Shown: one piece after another, positions 49,365 to 59,140 of the stretch
Position numbering within the stretch: position 1 is the first letter of the stretch
Layout: every line of letters starts with the position of its first letter
NCBI GenBank assembly: GCA_039798325.1
Contig: JBDKGG010000002.1
Span: 4,640-68,639, forward strand
DNA length: 64,000 bases
Direction: 5' to 3'
DNA from: Bacteroidota bacterium
GTDB taxonomy: Bacteria > Bacteroidota > Bacteroidia > Flavobacteriales_D > Sanyastnellaceae
Made by a program: the position numbers and the translations under genes
The notes under the pieces: generated by a model
The model's input: only the letters and a program-made list of their open reading frames with translations
Database searches by the model: none
What the model was told of the DNA's origin: nothing

Positions 49365-50372
49365 ATGAGCATGGTTACTTTGAATGAATTCATCATGGAG
49401 CGCCAAACGGATTTTCCGTTTGCCTCTGGAGATTTGAGTCGATTGTTGGCAGACATCAGCATTGCTGCTAAAATCATCAACCACAAAGTAAACAAAGCTG
49501 GGCTCCAAGACATCTTGGGAGCGGAAAGCACCACCAACATTCAAGGGGAAACCCAAATGAAATTGGATGTTTTTTCAGATCAAGCTTTGCTCAATGCGGT
49601 CAAGTGGGGTGGACAAGTTTGCGGGGCTGGCAGTGAAGAAAACGAAAAGTATTTTGCATTCGACCTGGAGCATTGCCGCAAGGCCAAGTATGTGATATTA
49701 TTTGATCCATTGGATGGCTCGTCCAACATTGATGTGAACGTGAGCATTGGAACCATTTTTTCCATTCACCGCAGAAAAAGCTCATTGGGTGACTTGGCCA
49801 ATGTCAATGATTTTTTACAAAAAGGTTCAGATCAAGTAGCTGCGGGATATGTGATTTATGGATCATCCACCATGTTGGTGTATACCACTGGTCACGGCGT
49901 CAATGGATTTACCCTTGAGCCCAGCATTGGTGAATTTTGCTTGTCACACGCGGACATGAAATTTCCAGAAACCAGTACCATGTACAGCATCAATGAAGGC
50001 AACATGGCCAGCTGTTCCAAAGGAGTTCAGGCCTATGTCAATTACTGCAAAAGCATTGACAAAAAGAACAACTTGCCCTACACCGCAAGGTACATCGGGT
50101 CTCTGGTAGCCGATTTTCATAGAAACCTCATCAAGGGAGGTATCTACATTTATCCAGGAACCAAAAAAAATACAGAAGGCAAATTGCGTTTACAATATGA
50201 ATGCAATCCATTGGCCTTTATCGCTGAGCAAGCCGGAGGAAAGGCTTCTGATGGGAAGAATAGAATATTGGATATACAACCCAAGGACCTGCATCAAAGA
50301 ACTCCCCTGTTCATTGGACCTGTTAAAATGGTAGAAAAGGTGGAAGAATTTATCCGAGAACTGGACGCCTAA
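49365..50372 (+). CDS. fbp: class 1 fructose-1,6-bisphosphatase
   Basis: 335 aa with [11 protein letters not shown] and the [15 protein letters not shown] motifs. Confidence 0.93.
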   Translation: MSMVTLNEFIMERQTDFPFASGDLSRLLADISIAAKIINHKVNKAGLQDILGAESTTNIQGETQMKLDVFSDQALLNAVKWGGQVCGAGSEENEKYFAFDLEHCRKAKYVILFDPLDGSSNIDVNVSIGTIFSIHRRKSSLGDLANVNDFLQKGSDQVAAGYVIYGSSTMLVYTTGHGVNGFTLEPSIGEFCLSHADMKFPETSTMYSINEGNMASCSKGVQAYVNYCKSIDKKNNLPYTARYIGSLVADFHRNLIKGGIYIYPGTKKNTEGKLRLQYECNPLAFIAEQAGGKASDGKNRILDIQPKDLHQRTPLFIGPVKMVEKVEEFIRELDA

Positions 50373-50411
50373 TTGTTTCACCATTCTATATTTGTAACAA
50401 TTCTGCATCTT

Positions 50412-51119
50412 GTGAAAAATCCTTTGGTCATCATACCCACCTACAACGAAAAGGAAAATGTTGTTAATATGATTCATACCGTTATGAATCTCCCTATGGC
50501 ATTTGACATACTGTTTGTAGATGACGGTTCGCCAGATGGAACTGCGCAATTGATTCAGGAACAGCAATCTCATTTTACCGATAGAATTAACTTGTTGCAA
50601 CGCACGGGTAAATTGGGTTTGGGAACCGCCTACATTGCAGGCTTTCAATGGGCCATAGGTGAAAAATATGATTACATCTGCGAAATGGATTGTGATTTTT
50701 CGCACACCCCAAAGGATTTGATTCGATTGGTAGAAGCCTGTCAAGGTGGTGCTGATATGAGCGTAGGGTCAAGATATACCAAAGGTGGAGGCGTCATTGA
50801 TTGGCCATTGAAAAGAAGAATCATGAGCAGAGGGGCTGGTATCTATGTTAATCTGGTTCTTGGGCTAGGTGTCCAGGATGCAACTGCTGGATTTGTTTGT
50901 TACAAAAGACAAGTGTTGGAAAATTTAGATTTGCAAGGCATCCGTTTTATTGGCTATGCTTTTCAAATTGAAATGAAATACAAAACCAAACGTTCCGGTT
51001 TTAGGATAAAAGAGGTTCCCATCATCTTTAAAGATCGTCTTTTGGGAAAAAGCAAAATGAGTCTAAATATTTTCAATGAAGCTTTTATTGGCGTATTGAA
51101 AATGCGTTTCAACGGTTGA
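50412..51119 (+). CDS. polyprenol-phosphate mannose synthase-like GT2 glycosyltransferase
   Basis: The motif is VIIPTYNEKENV...DDGSPDGT...DCDFSH. The ORF track begins at a TTG at 50373. I prefer the GTG at 50412, but the start is uncertain. Confidence 0.78.
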   Translation: MKNPLVIIPTYNEKENVVNMIHTVMNLPMAFDILFVDDGSPDGTAQLIQEQQSHFTDRINLLQRTGKLGLGTAYIAGFQWAIGEKYDYICEMDCDFSHTPKDLIRLVEACQGGADMSVGSRYTKGGGVIDWPLKRRIMSRGAGIYVNLVLGLGVQDATAGFVCYKRQVLENLDLQGIRFIGYAFQIEMKYKTKRSGFRIKEVPIIFKDRLLGKSKMSLNIFNEAFIGVLKMRFNG

Positions 51120-51120
51120 T

Positions 51121-52458
51121 ATGAAAACACTAATACAAAACGTTACTGTTGTCAATGAAGGCAGCTTAACGTTGGCCGATGTTGTTTTGGAAAACGATCA
51201 GATTGCCGATATTCTACCGGCACAAAGTTTATCAAGTGATCATTTCCAAGAGGTCGTGGACGGATCAGGCAAGCATCTGCTTCCGGGGCTTATCGATGAT
51301 CAGGTGCATTTCAGAGAACCTGGTTTAACCCACAAAGGTGAAATCTATACAGAAGCCAAAGCCGCTGTTGCAGGTGGCATCACCAGCTTCATGGAAATGC
51401 CCAACACCGTTCCCAATACGGTGACATTTGAAGAGTTGGAAAAAAAATACCAACGTGCAGCCGATGTTTCTTTGGCCAATTATTCCTTTTATCTCGGGGC
51501 CACGCAAACCAACGCGCATTTGATGGGTGATGTGGACATCCGAAATGTATGCGGCATCAAGATTTTTATGGGTTCCTCAACAGGGAATATGCTTGTGGAC
51601 AATGAAGATAGTTTAAACGCCATTTTCAAAAACGCCAAAACGTTAATTGCCACACATTGTGAAGATGATCAGATGATCGCAGCCAACTTCCAGCGGATTC
51701 AATCCCAATTTCCAGATGGGATTCCAGTGCAACAGCACCCCATCATCCGAAATGCAGAAGCCTGCTATGCATCCTCTTCAAAGGCCATTGCCCTGGCCAA
51801 AAAACACGATGCGCAATTGCACATTCTGCACATTAGCACGGCCAAAGAAATTGATCTCTTTACCAACCAAGACTTAAAGAATAAAAGAATTACAGCAGAA
51901 GCTTGCGTTCACCACCTTTGGTTTTCAGATGAAGATTACAATACACTAGGAAGCCGAATCAAATGGAATCCCGCAGTGAAAACTGCCAATGACCGTGCAG
52001 CCATTCGACAAGCCTTAAAAGATGGATACATCGATGTACTGGCGACCGATCATGCGCCGCATACTTTAGCGGAGAAAGCCAATCCCTATTCTTCGTGTCC
52101 AAGCGGTGGCCCATTGGTTCAACACGCACTTCCCGCTTTGCTGGAAATGTGCCATCAAGGGATTTTTACCATCCATGAAGTGGTTCAAAAGGCTTGTCAC
52201 AATGTTGCACTTTTGTACAATATCTCCAACAGAGGATTCATCAAAAAAGGCTACAAAGCTGATTTGGTTTTGGTGGATTTGAATGCTACATGGTTGGCCA
52301 CCGATGAAAACAGCTTGTACAAATGCCAATGGACTCCTTTTAACAATACCCTTTTTCACAACAGAGTGGAGAAAACATGGGTCAATGGGCATTGCGCTTA
52401 TGACAATGGCGTTTTTGATGAAAAAATAAAAGGAGAACAATTAACTTTCAATCGATGA
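51121..52458 (+). CDS. pyrC: dihydroorotase (long, allantoinase-like type)
   Basis: 445 aa with GLIDDQVHFREPG, the HIxHIST region and ATDHAPH. Confidence 0.87.
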   Translation: MKTLIQNVTVVNEGSLTLADVVLENDQIADILPAQSLSSDHFQEVVDGSGKHLLPGLIDDQVHFREPGLTHKGEIYTEAKAAVAGGITSFMEMPNTVPNTVTFEELEKKYQRAADVSLANYSFYLGATQTNAHLMGDVDIRNVCGIKIFMGSSTGNMLVDNEDSLNAIFKNAKTLIATHCEDDQMIAANFQRIQSQFPDGIPVQQHPIIRNAEACYASSSKAIALAKKHDAQLHILHISTAKEIDLFTNQDLKNKRITAEACVHHLWFSDEDYNTLGSRIKWNPAVKTANDRAAIRQALKDGYIDVLATDHAPHTLAEKANPYSSCPSGGPLVQHALPALLEMCHQGIFTIHEVVQKACHNVALLYNISNRGFIKKGYKADLVLVDLNATWLATDENSLYKCQWTPFNNTLFHNRVEKTWVNGHCAYDNGVFDEKIKGEQLTFNR

Positions 52459-52862
52459 GATTCATTTTCTCCTTAATGGCGATGCTTGTGATCAGCGCAT
52501 GCAGCAATGATCAAAAACCAAAGGTTCAAGCAAAAATGAATGTCCGCGAAACCGCAAAAGTGTTGTTGGAACTAAGATTGGCCAACGCCGCATACAACCT
52601 GTATTACAACCAAATGCCGGACTCCAACCAAAAATGGATGCCCTATCAAACTGAAATCTTCCAACGCCTTAAAATACAACCTGAAGATTTCTCCTCTTCA
52701 ATGAAAATACACGCCGAATCACCTGATAGTATTTTGATGATGGATAGTTTGGTACTCGTGCAGCTTGAACAAAAATCAAGGAAGGAGATTCAACCAAGCA
52801 TTGATGCTCATCATCCCATAAAAAAATACAAGGGAAAGATCTACAAAGAGCGCAGTGAGTAA
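52455..52862 (+). CDS. DUF4296-like lipoprotein
   Basis: 135 aa with lipobox LVISAC and ATGA overlap with pyrC. It sits in the conserved position after dihydroorotase. The family call is from memory. Confidence 0.62.
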   Translation: MRFIFSLMAMLVISACSNDQKPKVQAKMNVRETAKVLLELRLANAAYNLYYNQMPDSNQKWMPYQTEIFQRLKIQPEDFSSSMKIHAESPDSILMMDSLVLVQLEQKSRKEIQPSIDAHHPIKKYKGKIYKERSE

Positions 52863-53573
52863 TTTTTTTTTGGTCCAAAAAACAACAAACGGGATGGTTA
52901 CACACAGCACCATCCAGCCTGGGCCAATCTTCGCCGAAAAGCCCAATTGAATCATTACTTCAGCCAATAGGGCCAATAAAAAAACACCCATCCACCTTGC
53001 GCGCAGCGAATGCTTTATTCTACTTTCATTGATGTCCGTAATCATCACCAATGCCGCGATCAAAAGAATCGAAACGATAAAGGCACTCCAGAAAAAACGG
53101 ACTTCAATAAACATCATGGGAATGGTAGCCCAAACGGACCAACACCACGCTACTGAAAATGTCTTGAGAAAATAAATGTTCCTACTGGACCACTGTATAC
53201 GCTTTAAAAAAGCTTTCGGATAATAAACAAAAGCCACAATGGCCGCTGAGGCAATCATCAAAGTTGGGAGCAACAGCGATTGTTCGGTGGAGCGCAATTG
53301 AGCGCTTTGTACAATGTATGCTCCTGCTGATAACACAAATCCGTATAACGCAGCAAAACGATAAGGGCTGCTGCGCTGATCTTTGGGCCATCGCAATATC
53401 AAATAAAACAAAGCAGAGGACACCGCAGCCATGGACACAATCGTCATCGGCAAATGACCAATGACCAGATTGACCATCCGCTCCGCTGTCATCCAAGCTG
53501 AAATATAAAAAACCATCGCCCCTCCAGAGACCAGGGAATAAATCCACCACCAATTTCTTTGTAACCGCTCCAT
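52776..53573 (-). CDS. polytopic membrane protein, unknown function
   Basis: 265 aa with about 8 hydrophobic helices. Its start overlaps the upstream stop by 1 nt. Its 3' end overlaps the convergent gene at 52455..52862 by 87 nt. Confidence 0.5.
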   Translation of the reverse strand: MERLQRNWWWIYSLVSGGAMVFYISAWMTAERMVNLVIGHLPMTIVSMAAVSSALFYLILRWPKDQRSSPYRFAALYGFVLSAGAYIVQSAQLRSTEQSLLLPTLMIASAAIVAFVYYPKAFLKRIQWSSRNIYFLKTFSVAWCWSVWATIPMMFIEVRFFWSAFIVSILLIAALVMITDINESRIKHSLRARWMGVFLLALLAEVMIQLGFSAKIGPGWMVLCVTIPFVVFWTKKKLLTALFVDLSLVFFYGMMSINAWLNLLP

Positions 53574-54847
53574 TACTTGGTCATCATAAAGAATACAAAA
53601 CCGGACAAGGAACCCAAACTACTCCACACCATCGCCTTGTTCAACCGTCGACCACGAGCAACAGGCTCAAACCCTTCAGCATACAGATCATTGTACTTCA
53701 ATGCATCATTGCTGATGTGATGTGACCTAACCCTTATTCTGCCGGGTATATGGGACAATGTAAAAATCATGGGAGGGCCAATCAGAGACATAATGCCATC
53801 ACCACCCAAATAGCTAATAGCGCCACAAATCATGTAACCCATGATCGCCGTGTGCCTGGCCTTGTATCGTTGCAAAGCATCCTTCTCGCCCAATAAAAAC
53901 ACTCGCATTTCTTCCTGGGTATACCGGTCTCCCAAAGTTATATCCGGGGCATAAAAAACCATTTCCTGACCAGCCTTCGTTACACTAAATATTTCATTTC
54001 GATGCAACTCAACTTCTTTCCACCTTCCGTAAATCCCACGGTAACGCAGACGAACCAAAAGAGTAGAGTCCAAGAAAACCTCCCCTTTCATCTCCCGTCC
54101 ATTCATCAATTGAACCTCATCTTGGAATTGACTCGGATTCACAACACCGTCCTTTCCTTTGGTTGAACTCAATTCTTTTTCCTTCCATCGCTTAAACTGA
54201 TATGCCCAGCCCCCTGTTACCACAAAATCTTGCTGACCCGATTGTTGATCTTGCTGAATCAAATATCCCAATTTCAAGTTCTGATTTTTGGTGACTTCCT
54301 TGCTCAAACCTCCCTGCCATCGCCAACTGGTGTATTCATGATTGATTGAATTAAAAAACAACTCGTGTGAGGTGTAGAGATTTAGCTTTTTCGTTAATCC
54401 GTATTTCAATGAAATTCTTGCTCTGGTTACCGTTCTGATATCCAAATCTACTTTATCCGAAAGATCCAAATTGGACTGACCCCATTGCTGGCGGAGCAAA
54501 AGTCCTAAGTCCAATTTCTTAAAGCTCACTTCTCCCATCATTCCCAAACTCCAACGTTGGCGATAACTCAAATATTCCCAATCCTGCCGAATGCCCGTTC
54601 TCAACTCTCCTTGAAGTTGAACGCCCTTGAATAATTTTTGTAGTACACCAAAATCACTGAAAGCCCCTGCGATACGGGTTCCGTTTTCATCCAATCGCAA
54701 TTCTGGTGCAATGTAAAATACGCGTCCGTCTTTCCCATCAAAACTCACCTTGGTAGAAAACCAACCGCCTGCGTCTTGGGTATATTGGGCATTGGCGCGA
54801 ACGGCCCAAAAGAAAAACAAAAACAGAAACCTACTGCTTTTCATCAT
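53573..54847 (-). CDS. DUF2490-like beta-rich N-domain fused to a C-terminal region with hydrophobic helices
   Basis: 424 aa with signal peptide FLFLFFFWAVRANAQ. The N-terminal half has an alternating beta pattern. The C-terminal half contains AIMGYMICGAISYLGG and VWSSLGSLSGFVFFMM. The family call has low certainty. Confidence 0.5.
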   Translation of the reverse strand: MMKSSRFLFLFFFWAVRANAQYTQDAGGWFSTKVSFDGKDGRVFYIAPELRLDENGTRIAGAFSDFGVLQKLFKGVQLQGELRTGIRQDWEYLSYRQRWSLGMMGEVSFKKLDLGLLLRQQWGQSNLDLSDKVDLDIRTVTRARISLKYGLTKKLNLYTSHELFFNSINHEYTSWRWQGGLSKEVTKNQNLKLGYLIQQDQQSGQQDFVVTGGWAYQFKRWKEKELSSTKGKDGVVNPSQFQDEVQLMNGREMKGEVFLDSTLLVRLRYRGIYGRWKEVELHRNEIFSVTKAGQEMVFYAPDITLGDRYTQEEMRVFLLGEKDALQRYKARHTAIMGYMICGAISYLGGDGIMSLIGPPMIFTLSHIPGRIRVRSHHISNDALKYNDLYAEGFEPVARGRRLNKAMVWSSLGSLSGFVFFMMTK

Positions 54848-55253
54848 AAATCACCATCGGATCAATCGTCTTCTCTTGCGTGCGCTCAGTAATTTTCACA
54901 TTAACTTTCACTGCCATCGGAGACTGCGCCGCCGCTGCAGTTCCCGCAGTATCCAAAGAATAAGTGTAAATGGTGTAATCCCCTTTCCTCAAACCTTTGA
55001 ATTCAAATTTCCCCTCGTAATTGGTTACTACTTTATCGTCTGGGGAAGTGTGATCGCCATAAACGATGTACACCTCCTGATCCACCGCTGGAAATGATTC
55101 TTCCATCGCTGATGCCGGATTACTAAGCACCACACGAACTTCTTTATTGATGACACCACTAATGGAAGCCAATCCGCCATCTCCTGCTTCTTTTTGACAC
55201 TGTGAAAAAAGCAGTGCAGCGCCGATGGCAATGGATAAAATATACTTTTTCAT
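54831..55253 (-). CDS. small lipoprotein with carboxypeptidase-regulatory-like (Ig-like) fold
   Basis: The internal ATG at 55253 gives MKKYILSIAIGAALLFSQC. The beta-sandwich-like body contains GKFEFKGLRKGDYTIY. Confidence 0.58.
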   Translation of the reverse strand: MKKYILSIAIGAALLFSQCQKEAGDGGLASISGVINKEVRVVLSNPASAMEESFPAVDQEVYIVYGDHTSPDDKVVTNYEGKFEFKGLRKGDYTIYTYSLDTAGTAAAAQSPMAVKVNVKITERTQEKTIDPMVIYDEKQ

Positions 55254-55280
55254 ATCTCTTTCAAACATAAACAATTTTTC

Positions 55281-55994
55281 TCAAACCACGAGTCGATTGT
55301 GAACAGGAATTGCCAACGCCGCCATGGACAAGCGCACATTTTTAATTTGACGCAATGCTTGATAACATTGTTCCAAAGTGGCGCCAGTAGTTACCACATC
55401 ATCCAACAACAAAATGTGCTTCCCCTCCCATCGCTCAGGATGTGGTACCTCAAAAGGATTCTCCGCATGCGCGCTTCGCAATATTCTCGATTTCAATGTT
55501 TGACTTTTGTTTCCCTTTTTTCGAATCAATAAAGTTTGCTCCAAAGGAATGCCCCATCGATTCGCCATGGGCTCAGCGATGCAATCGCATTGATTGTATC
55601 CCCGCTTTCTTTTCTTTTCTGCCGTCAACGGAACGGGAATCATCACATCCCAATTCGGTTTTCCGTAAATCAATTCAATTTTTTTTGCCCACCACAAACC
55701 GAGCGCATTGCCAACCTCGGGACTGTGTCGGTATTTCAATTGGTGGAGCGCATCTCGAACTGGTCCGGATTTTTCCATTTTCAAGAAAATCCACTGCTCT
55801 TCCCATGAACATCGTCCGAAAAATATTTTTAACATCTGAGGATGGTTCCGCATCATCTGAGAATAAGGCAATTCATGCAAGCATCGCATGCAAAAAGCCT
55901 GTTCATGTTGATACAAATCCCAACCGCATTGCTGGCAATGGTGCGGGTATACCAACCGAAATACTGATTTGAGGTACAAGAACCATTCTTTCAT
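55281..55994 (-). CDS. comF: ComF family phosphoribosyltransferase-like protein
   Basis: N-terminal Cys4 motif (CQQCG...CMRC) and C-terminal PRT motif ILLLDDVVTTGATL. The start is taken at the ATG at 55994. Confidence 0.8.
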   Translation of the reverse strand: MKEWFLYLKSVFRLVYPHHCQQCGWDLYQHEQAFCMRCLHELPYSQMMRNHPQMLKIFFGRCSWEEQWIFLKMEKSGPVRDALHQLKYRHSPEVGNALGLWWAKKIELIYGKPNWDVMIPVPLTAEKKRKRGYNQCDCIAEPMANRWGIPLEQTLLIRKKGNKSQTLKSRILRSAHAENPFEVPHPERWEGKHILLLDDVVTTGATLEQCYQALRQIKNVRLSMAALAIPVHNRLVV

Positions 55995-56074
55995 TTGCCA
56001 AAGATTAACAGGCCCTTCGCAAAAACCCAACTTCATATAAGGCCCATATATTTTCTCAATTGCCTTGATATGTG

Positions 56075-56082
56075 TACTTTTG
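56075..56082 (+). promoter_or_regulatory. -7 box TACTTTTG upstream of panD
   Basis: Exact TAnnTTTG match, 7 nt before the ATG at 56090. Confidence 0.5.
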
Positions 56083-56089
56083 CGCGCAC

Positions 56090-56449
56090 ATGATGACCAT
56101 CGAAGTCTTAAAATCAAAAATTCACCGGGTAACGGTCACGGAAGCGGACCTGAACTACATCGGTAGCATCACCCTAGATCCGCTTTTAATGGAAGCGGCC
56201 AACATGATTGAGGGAGAGAAAGTGCATATTCTCAATTGCAACAATGGGGAACGTTTCGAAACCTACATCATTACTGGTGAAAGAAATTCTGGCGTGGTTT
56301 GTTTAAATGGTCCCGCTGCCCGTCGTGTGGCTGTTGGAGACATTGTCATTGTTTGTTCATACGCGTCAATGGAATTTGAATCCGCCAAGTTGTTTAAACC
56401 TTGGATTGTTTTCCCAGACACCGCCACCAATAAAATTTCAAAACCATGA
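56090..56449 (+). CDS. panD: aspartate 1-decarboxylase
   Basis: [30 protein letters not shown] contains the GS self-cleavage site. Confidence 0.93.
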   Translation: MMTIEVLKSKIHRVTVTEADLNYIGSITLDPLLMEAANMIEGEKVHILNCNNGERFETYIITGERNSGVVCLNGPAARRVAVGDIVIVCSYASMEFESAKLFKPWIVFPDTATNKISKP

Positions 56450-57447
56450 TGAAGGGCATTAAATACGCCCTTTTTCTTTGCATAGGCATTGGACTCGCAT
56501 ACTATGCCTCTAAGGACGCAGATTTTGATACCATTTGGGATGCGGCTACCCACCTCAATTGGGGTTGGGCTTTTCTATCCATGCTGGCCAGTTATGTCGC
56601 CATGATGTTTCGTGGTTGGCGCTGGCGCATCCTCATTGAGCCTTTGGGTTATACCACTCGTGCCTCAAGTCCCGTCCATGCTGTTGCTTTTGGTTATTTA
56701 ATGAATGATCTTATTCCTCGTTCTGGTGAAGTAGCTCGCTGTGCTGTGCTCAACAAAGCCGAAGAAATTCCCATGGACAAACTCGTGGGCACGGTCATTC
56801 TAGAGCGCTTGGTGGACACCCTAAATTTATTGATGGTCATTGCCCTGGTCTCTTGGCTTCAAGCCGATGCCATTGCTGCATTATGGGACAAAATCACCGC
56901 CGCCAAAGCAGCTACTCCGGGACAACCGCAAGAAAAAAGCTATTTGATCTATTACATCTTGATGATTGGATCCGCTGCTGCGATTTTTGGATGGTGGCTG
57001 CTTAAAAAACTAAAGCACATCGCATTCTTTGGCAAAATCCATCAATTTGCATTGGGGGTTTTGGATGGATTAAAATCCATTTTGGCTTTGAAACAAAAAG
57101 GTTGGTTCACCATTCACACCATCGGCATTTGGGTGTGTTGGCTGTTGATGGCTTATTTCATGATGAAAGCCTTGGCCGATACCAACTACATGAACATGGC
57201 CGATGCCTTGTTCTTCCTCGTGGCCGGTAGTTTTGGCATGGTGGTTCCTACCCAAGGAGGATTGGGCGCTTACCATTTGACCTCCAAATGGGGTTTTGAA
57301 GCCTTGGGTTATGCCGGAACTTTGGGACTAACCTTCGCATGGATTTCATGGGTGGGCAAGACCGTGGTCGAAATCATCGTTGGTGTGCTTGGTTTTATTA
57401 TCTTAGATCAACGAGCCAAAAAGAAAAGCAGTGCTGCCTCAGCTTGA
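56446..57447 (+). CDS. UPF0104 / lysylphosphatidylglycerol-synthase-TM-region-like flippase family membrane protein
   Basis: 333 aa, multi-TM, with the [10 protein letters not shown] motif. ATGA overlap with panD. Confidence 0.72.
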   Translation: MMKGIKYALFLCIGIGLAYYASKDADFDTIWDAATHLNWGWAFLSMLASYVAMMFRGWRWRILIEPLGYTTRASSPVHAVAFGYLMNDLIPRSGEVARCAVLNKAEEIPMDKLVGTVILERLVDTLNLLMVIALVSWLQADAIAALWDKITAAKAATPGQPQEKSYLIYYILMIGSAAAIFGWWLLKKLKHIAFFGKIHQFALGVLDGLKSILALKQKGWFTIHTIGIWVCWLLMAYFMMKALADTNYMNMADALFFLVAGSFGMVVPTQGGLGAYHLTSKWGFEALGYAGTLGLTFAWISWVGKTVVEIIVGVLGFIILDQRAKKKSSAASA

Positions 57448-57898
57448 ACAATGGAAAAAAGAGGGTAAAAAAATTGTTTTTACCAATGGTGTTTTCGATA
57501 TCCTGCATGTCGGTCATGTCACGTATTTAGAGCATGCCAAATCATTAGGGGACATCCTCATCATCGGATTAAATGATGATGACTCTGTTCGAAAGCTGAA
57601 CAAAGGTCCTGAGCGTCCCATCAACGATGAGTTATCCCGTAAAAAAGTATTGGAAGCTTTGCGTGCAGTAGACGGGGTGGTCATTTTCAAAGAAGAAACT
57701 CCCTTGGCATTAATAGAATCCATTCAACCTGATGTATTGGTCAAAGGAGGCGACTATGATCCCAACCAAACGGATCCGTCAAACAAACAATACATGGTGG
57801 GCTCCAAAGAGGTCAAATCATGGGGCGGATCTGTGCAGGTCATTGATTTTGTCCCAGGATTTTCAACCACTTCCGTAGTCAACAAACTCAAGGCTTAA
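57431..57898 (+). CDS. rfaE2: D-glycero-beta-D-manno-heptose 1-phosphate adenylyltransferase (cytidylyltransferase fold)
   Basis: 155 aa with VFTNGVFDILHVGHVTYL. The start is a GTG. Confidence 0.83.
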   Translation: MLPQLEQWKKEGKKIVFTNGVFDILHVGHVTYLEHAKSLGDILIIGLNDDDSVRKLNKGPERPINDELSRKKVLEALRAVDGVVIFKEETPLALIESIQPDVLVKGGDYDPNQTDPSNKQYMVGSKEVKSWGGSVQVIDFVPGFSTTSVVNKLKA

Positions 57899-58639
57899 TT
57901 ACTGCGCTGAAAAGCGAAAAACAATCGTTCCGTTTTGATTGGGTTTTCCTAAAGCAGCATTGAACCTCCATTTCTTGGCATGCGCCAAACTCTCGTCCAA
58001 CAGACATTCAAAGTTGGTAGATGTTGGATCAATGCTCGCAGACTTTACTTGTCCTTTGTCATCTACAACAACATTCACTTTTACCATTCCTCCTTGTTTG
58101 CAACGATAAGTAGGCTTAGGACCATTGCTGACCGTTCTTCCTGCCAAACTCCATTCGGCCGTTACCGCACCAGCGGTGTTCTTTCCAGAAGGAGGAGTCG
58201 GATCCTTATCCGGATTCGGTTTGGGGTCGGCCAAATTGGTCTGGTTCCGCTCAGGTTTGGGATCATTCTTGTGCTTTTCCTTCAATTCATCAAACGTACG
58301 TTTGGCGTATTCTTCAGGAGACATTTCACTGCGTTGACCCGTATGATCATACACCCCATCCCCCAACTCGGCACCCTCCATGGACATCACGTTGCGCAAG
58401 GGCCCTTCCTGCTGATCTCCATTGGCAGAAGGGGTTTCCTCCTCCAATTGCAACGGAATTTCTTCCATTGCCTCCTCTTGTTGTTCCTGATCCAATGCAT
58501 TGTATCCGTTAGAGGTGGTAAAAAAAACGATGGCCGTCGTAAATACCTGAACAGACACAGCAATCAGCATGGCCTGCATGGCCCACTTCCAACCACCCGA
58601 TGGTCTTTCTGACAATACAAAATCGAGGTTCGTCTTCAC
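57899..58639 (-). CDS. TonB-C-terminal-domain protein
   Basis: One TM segment (AMQAMLIAVSVQVFTTAIVFF), an acidic/Pro-rich linker, and a C-terminus GGMVKVNVVVDDKGQVKSASI...AKKWRFNAA. The start is uncertain. I chose the GTG at 58639 so that the gene does not run across the divergent promoter. Confidence 0.6.
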   Translation of the reverse strand: MKTNLDFVLSERPSGGWKWAMQAMLIAVSVQVFTTAIVFFTTSNGYNALDQEQQEEAMEEIPLQLEEETPSANGDQQEGPLRNVMSMEGAELGDGVYDHTGQRSEMSPEEYAKRTFDELKEKHKNDPKPERNQTNLADPKPNPDKDPTPPSGKNTAGAVTAEWSLAGRTVSNGPKPTYRCKQGGMVKVNVVVDDKGQVKSASIDPTSTNFECLLDESLAHAKKWRFNAALGKPNQNGTIVFRFSAQ

Positions 58640-58689
58640 CCAATAAAGATAACCTGATTTTTGATTGAATAAAAAATCAATTTTCAGCT

Positions 58690-58697
58690 TATATTTG
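58690..58697 (+). promoter_or_regulatory. -7 box TATATTTG upstream of the Cys-rich gene
   Basis: Exact TAnnTTTG match, 17 nt before the ATG at 58715. Confidence 0.5.
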
Positions 58698-58714
58698 TTT
58701 AAATACTGAAAACA

Positions 58715-59059
58715 ATGAAAAAGATTTTTGCATTCGTCGCCTTCATGATGTTGATGGCAGGTGTGGCTTCTGCTCAAACGCAAAATGCAGCCAATACCAA
58801 TACTGAAAAGAAAGAACAAGTCATCAAAGAGAAAAGCTCTTGCGGTAAAGCAGAGAATGGAAAAGCTTGTTGCTCAAAAGACAAAGGGGTAACCGGTTCT
58901 ACAGACAAGGCTGCTTGCTCAGGTGAGAAGAAAGAAGGCGGTTCTTGCTGCTCCAAAGGGGAGAAAAAAGAAGGTGCTGCTTGTTGCTCTAAAGACCAAA
59001 AGAAAGAAGGCGGAAAGTGTTCTGGAGATGGTAAAAAAGAGGGCAATCCTAAGCCTTAA
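58715..59059 (+). CDS. secreted Lys/Gly/Cys-rich repeat protein (KKEG..CCSK repeats)
   Basis: 114 aa with signal peptide MKKIFAFVAFMMLMAGVASAQ. The mature part has 9 Cys, mostly as CC pairs in the repeats EKKEGGSCCSKG / EKKEGAACCSKD / KKEGGKCSGDG. The gene has its own -7 box and terminator. Confidence 0.65.
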   Translation: MKKIFAFVAFMMLMAGVASAQTQNAANTNTEKKEQVIKEKSSCGKAENGKACCSKDKGVTGSTDKAACSGEKKEGGSCCSKGEKKEGAACCSKDQKKEGGKCSGDGKKEGNPKP

Positions 59060-59080
59060 TGCTTCTAAAATATTGAAATG

Positions 59081-59107
59081 AAAAAGCCGCAAGTTGCGGC
59101 TTTTTTT
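59081..59107. terminator. bidirectional rho-independent terminator
   Basis: AAAAAGCCGCAA-g-TTGCGGCTTTTTTT. The A-run and T-run flank a perfect 7-bp GC-rich stem between convergent transcription units. Confidence 0.8.
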
Positions 59108-59140
59108 ATGCTCCTCTTTGATGAAATTCTTGAACCTTTT

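Noticed and set aside
58774-59046. A minus-strand ORF (90 aa) opposite the Cys-rich gene. The question was which strand is real.
   Set aside because: The plus strand has a signal peptide, a TAnnTTTG box and a terminator in the correct orientation. The minus-strand ORF has none of these.
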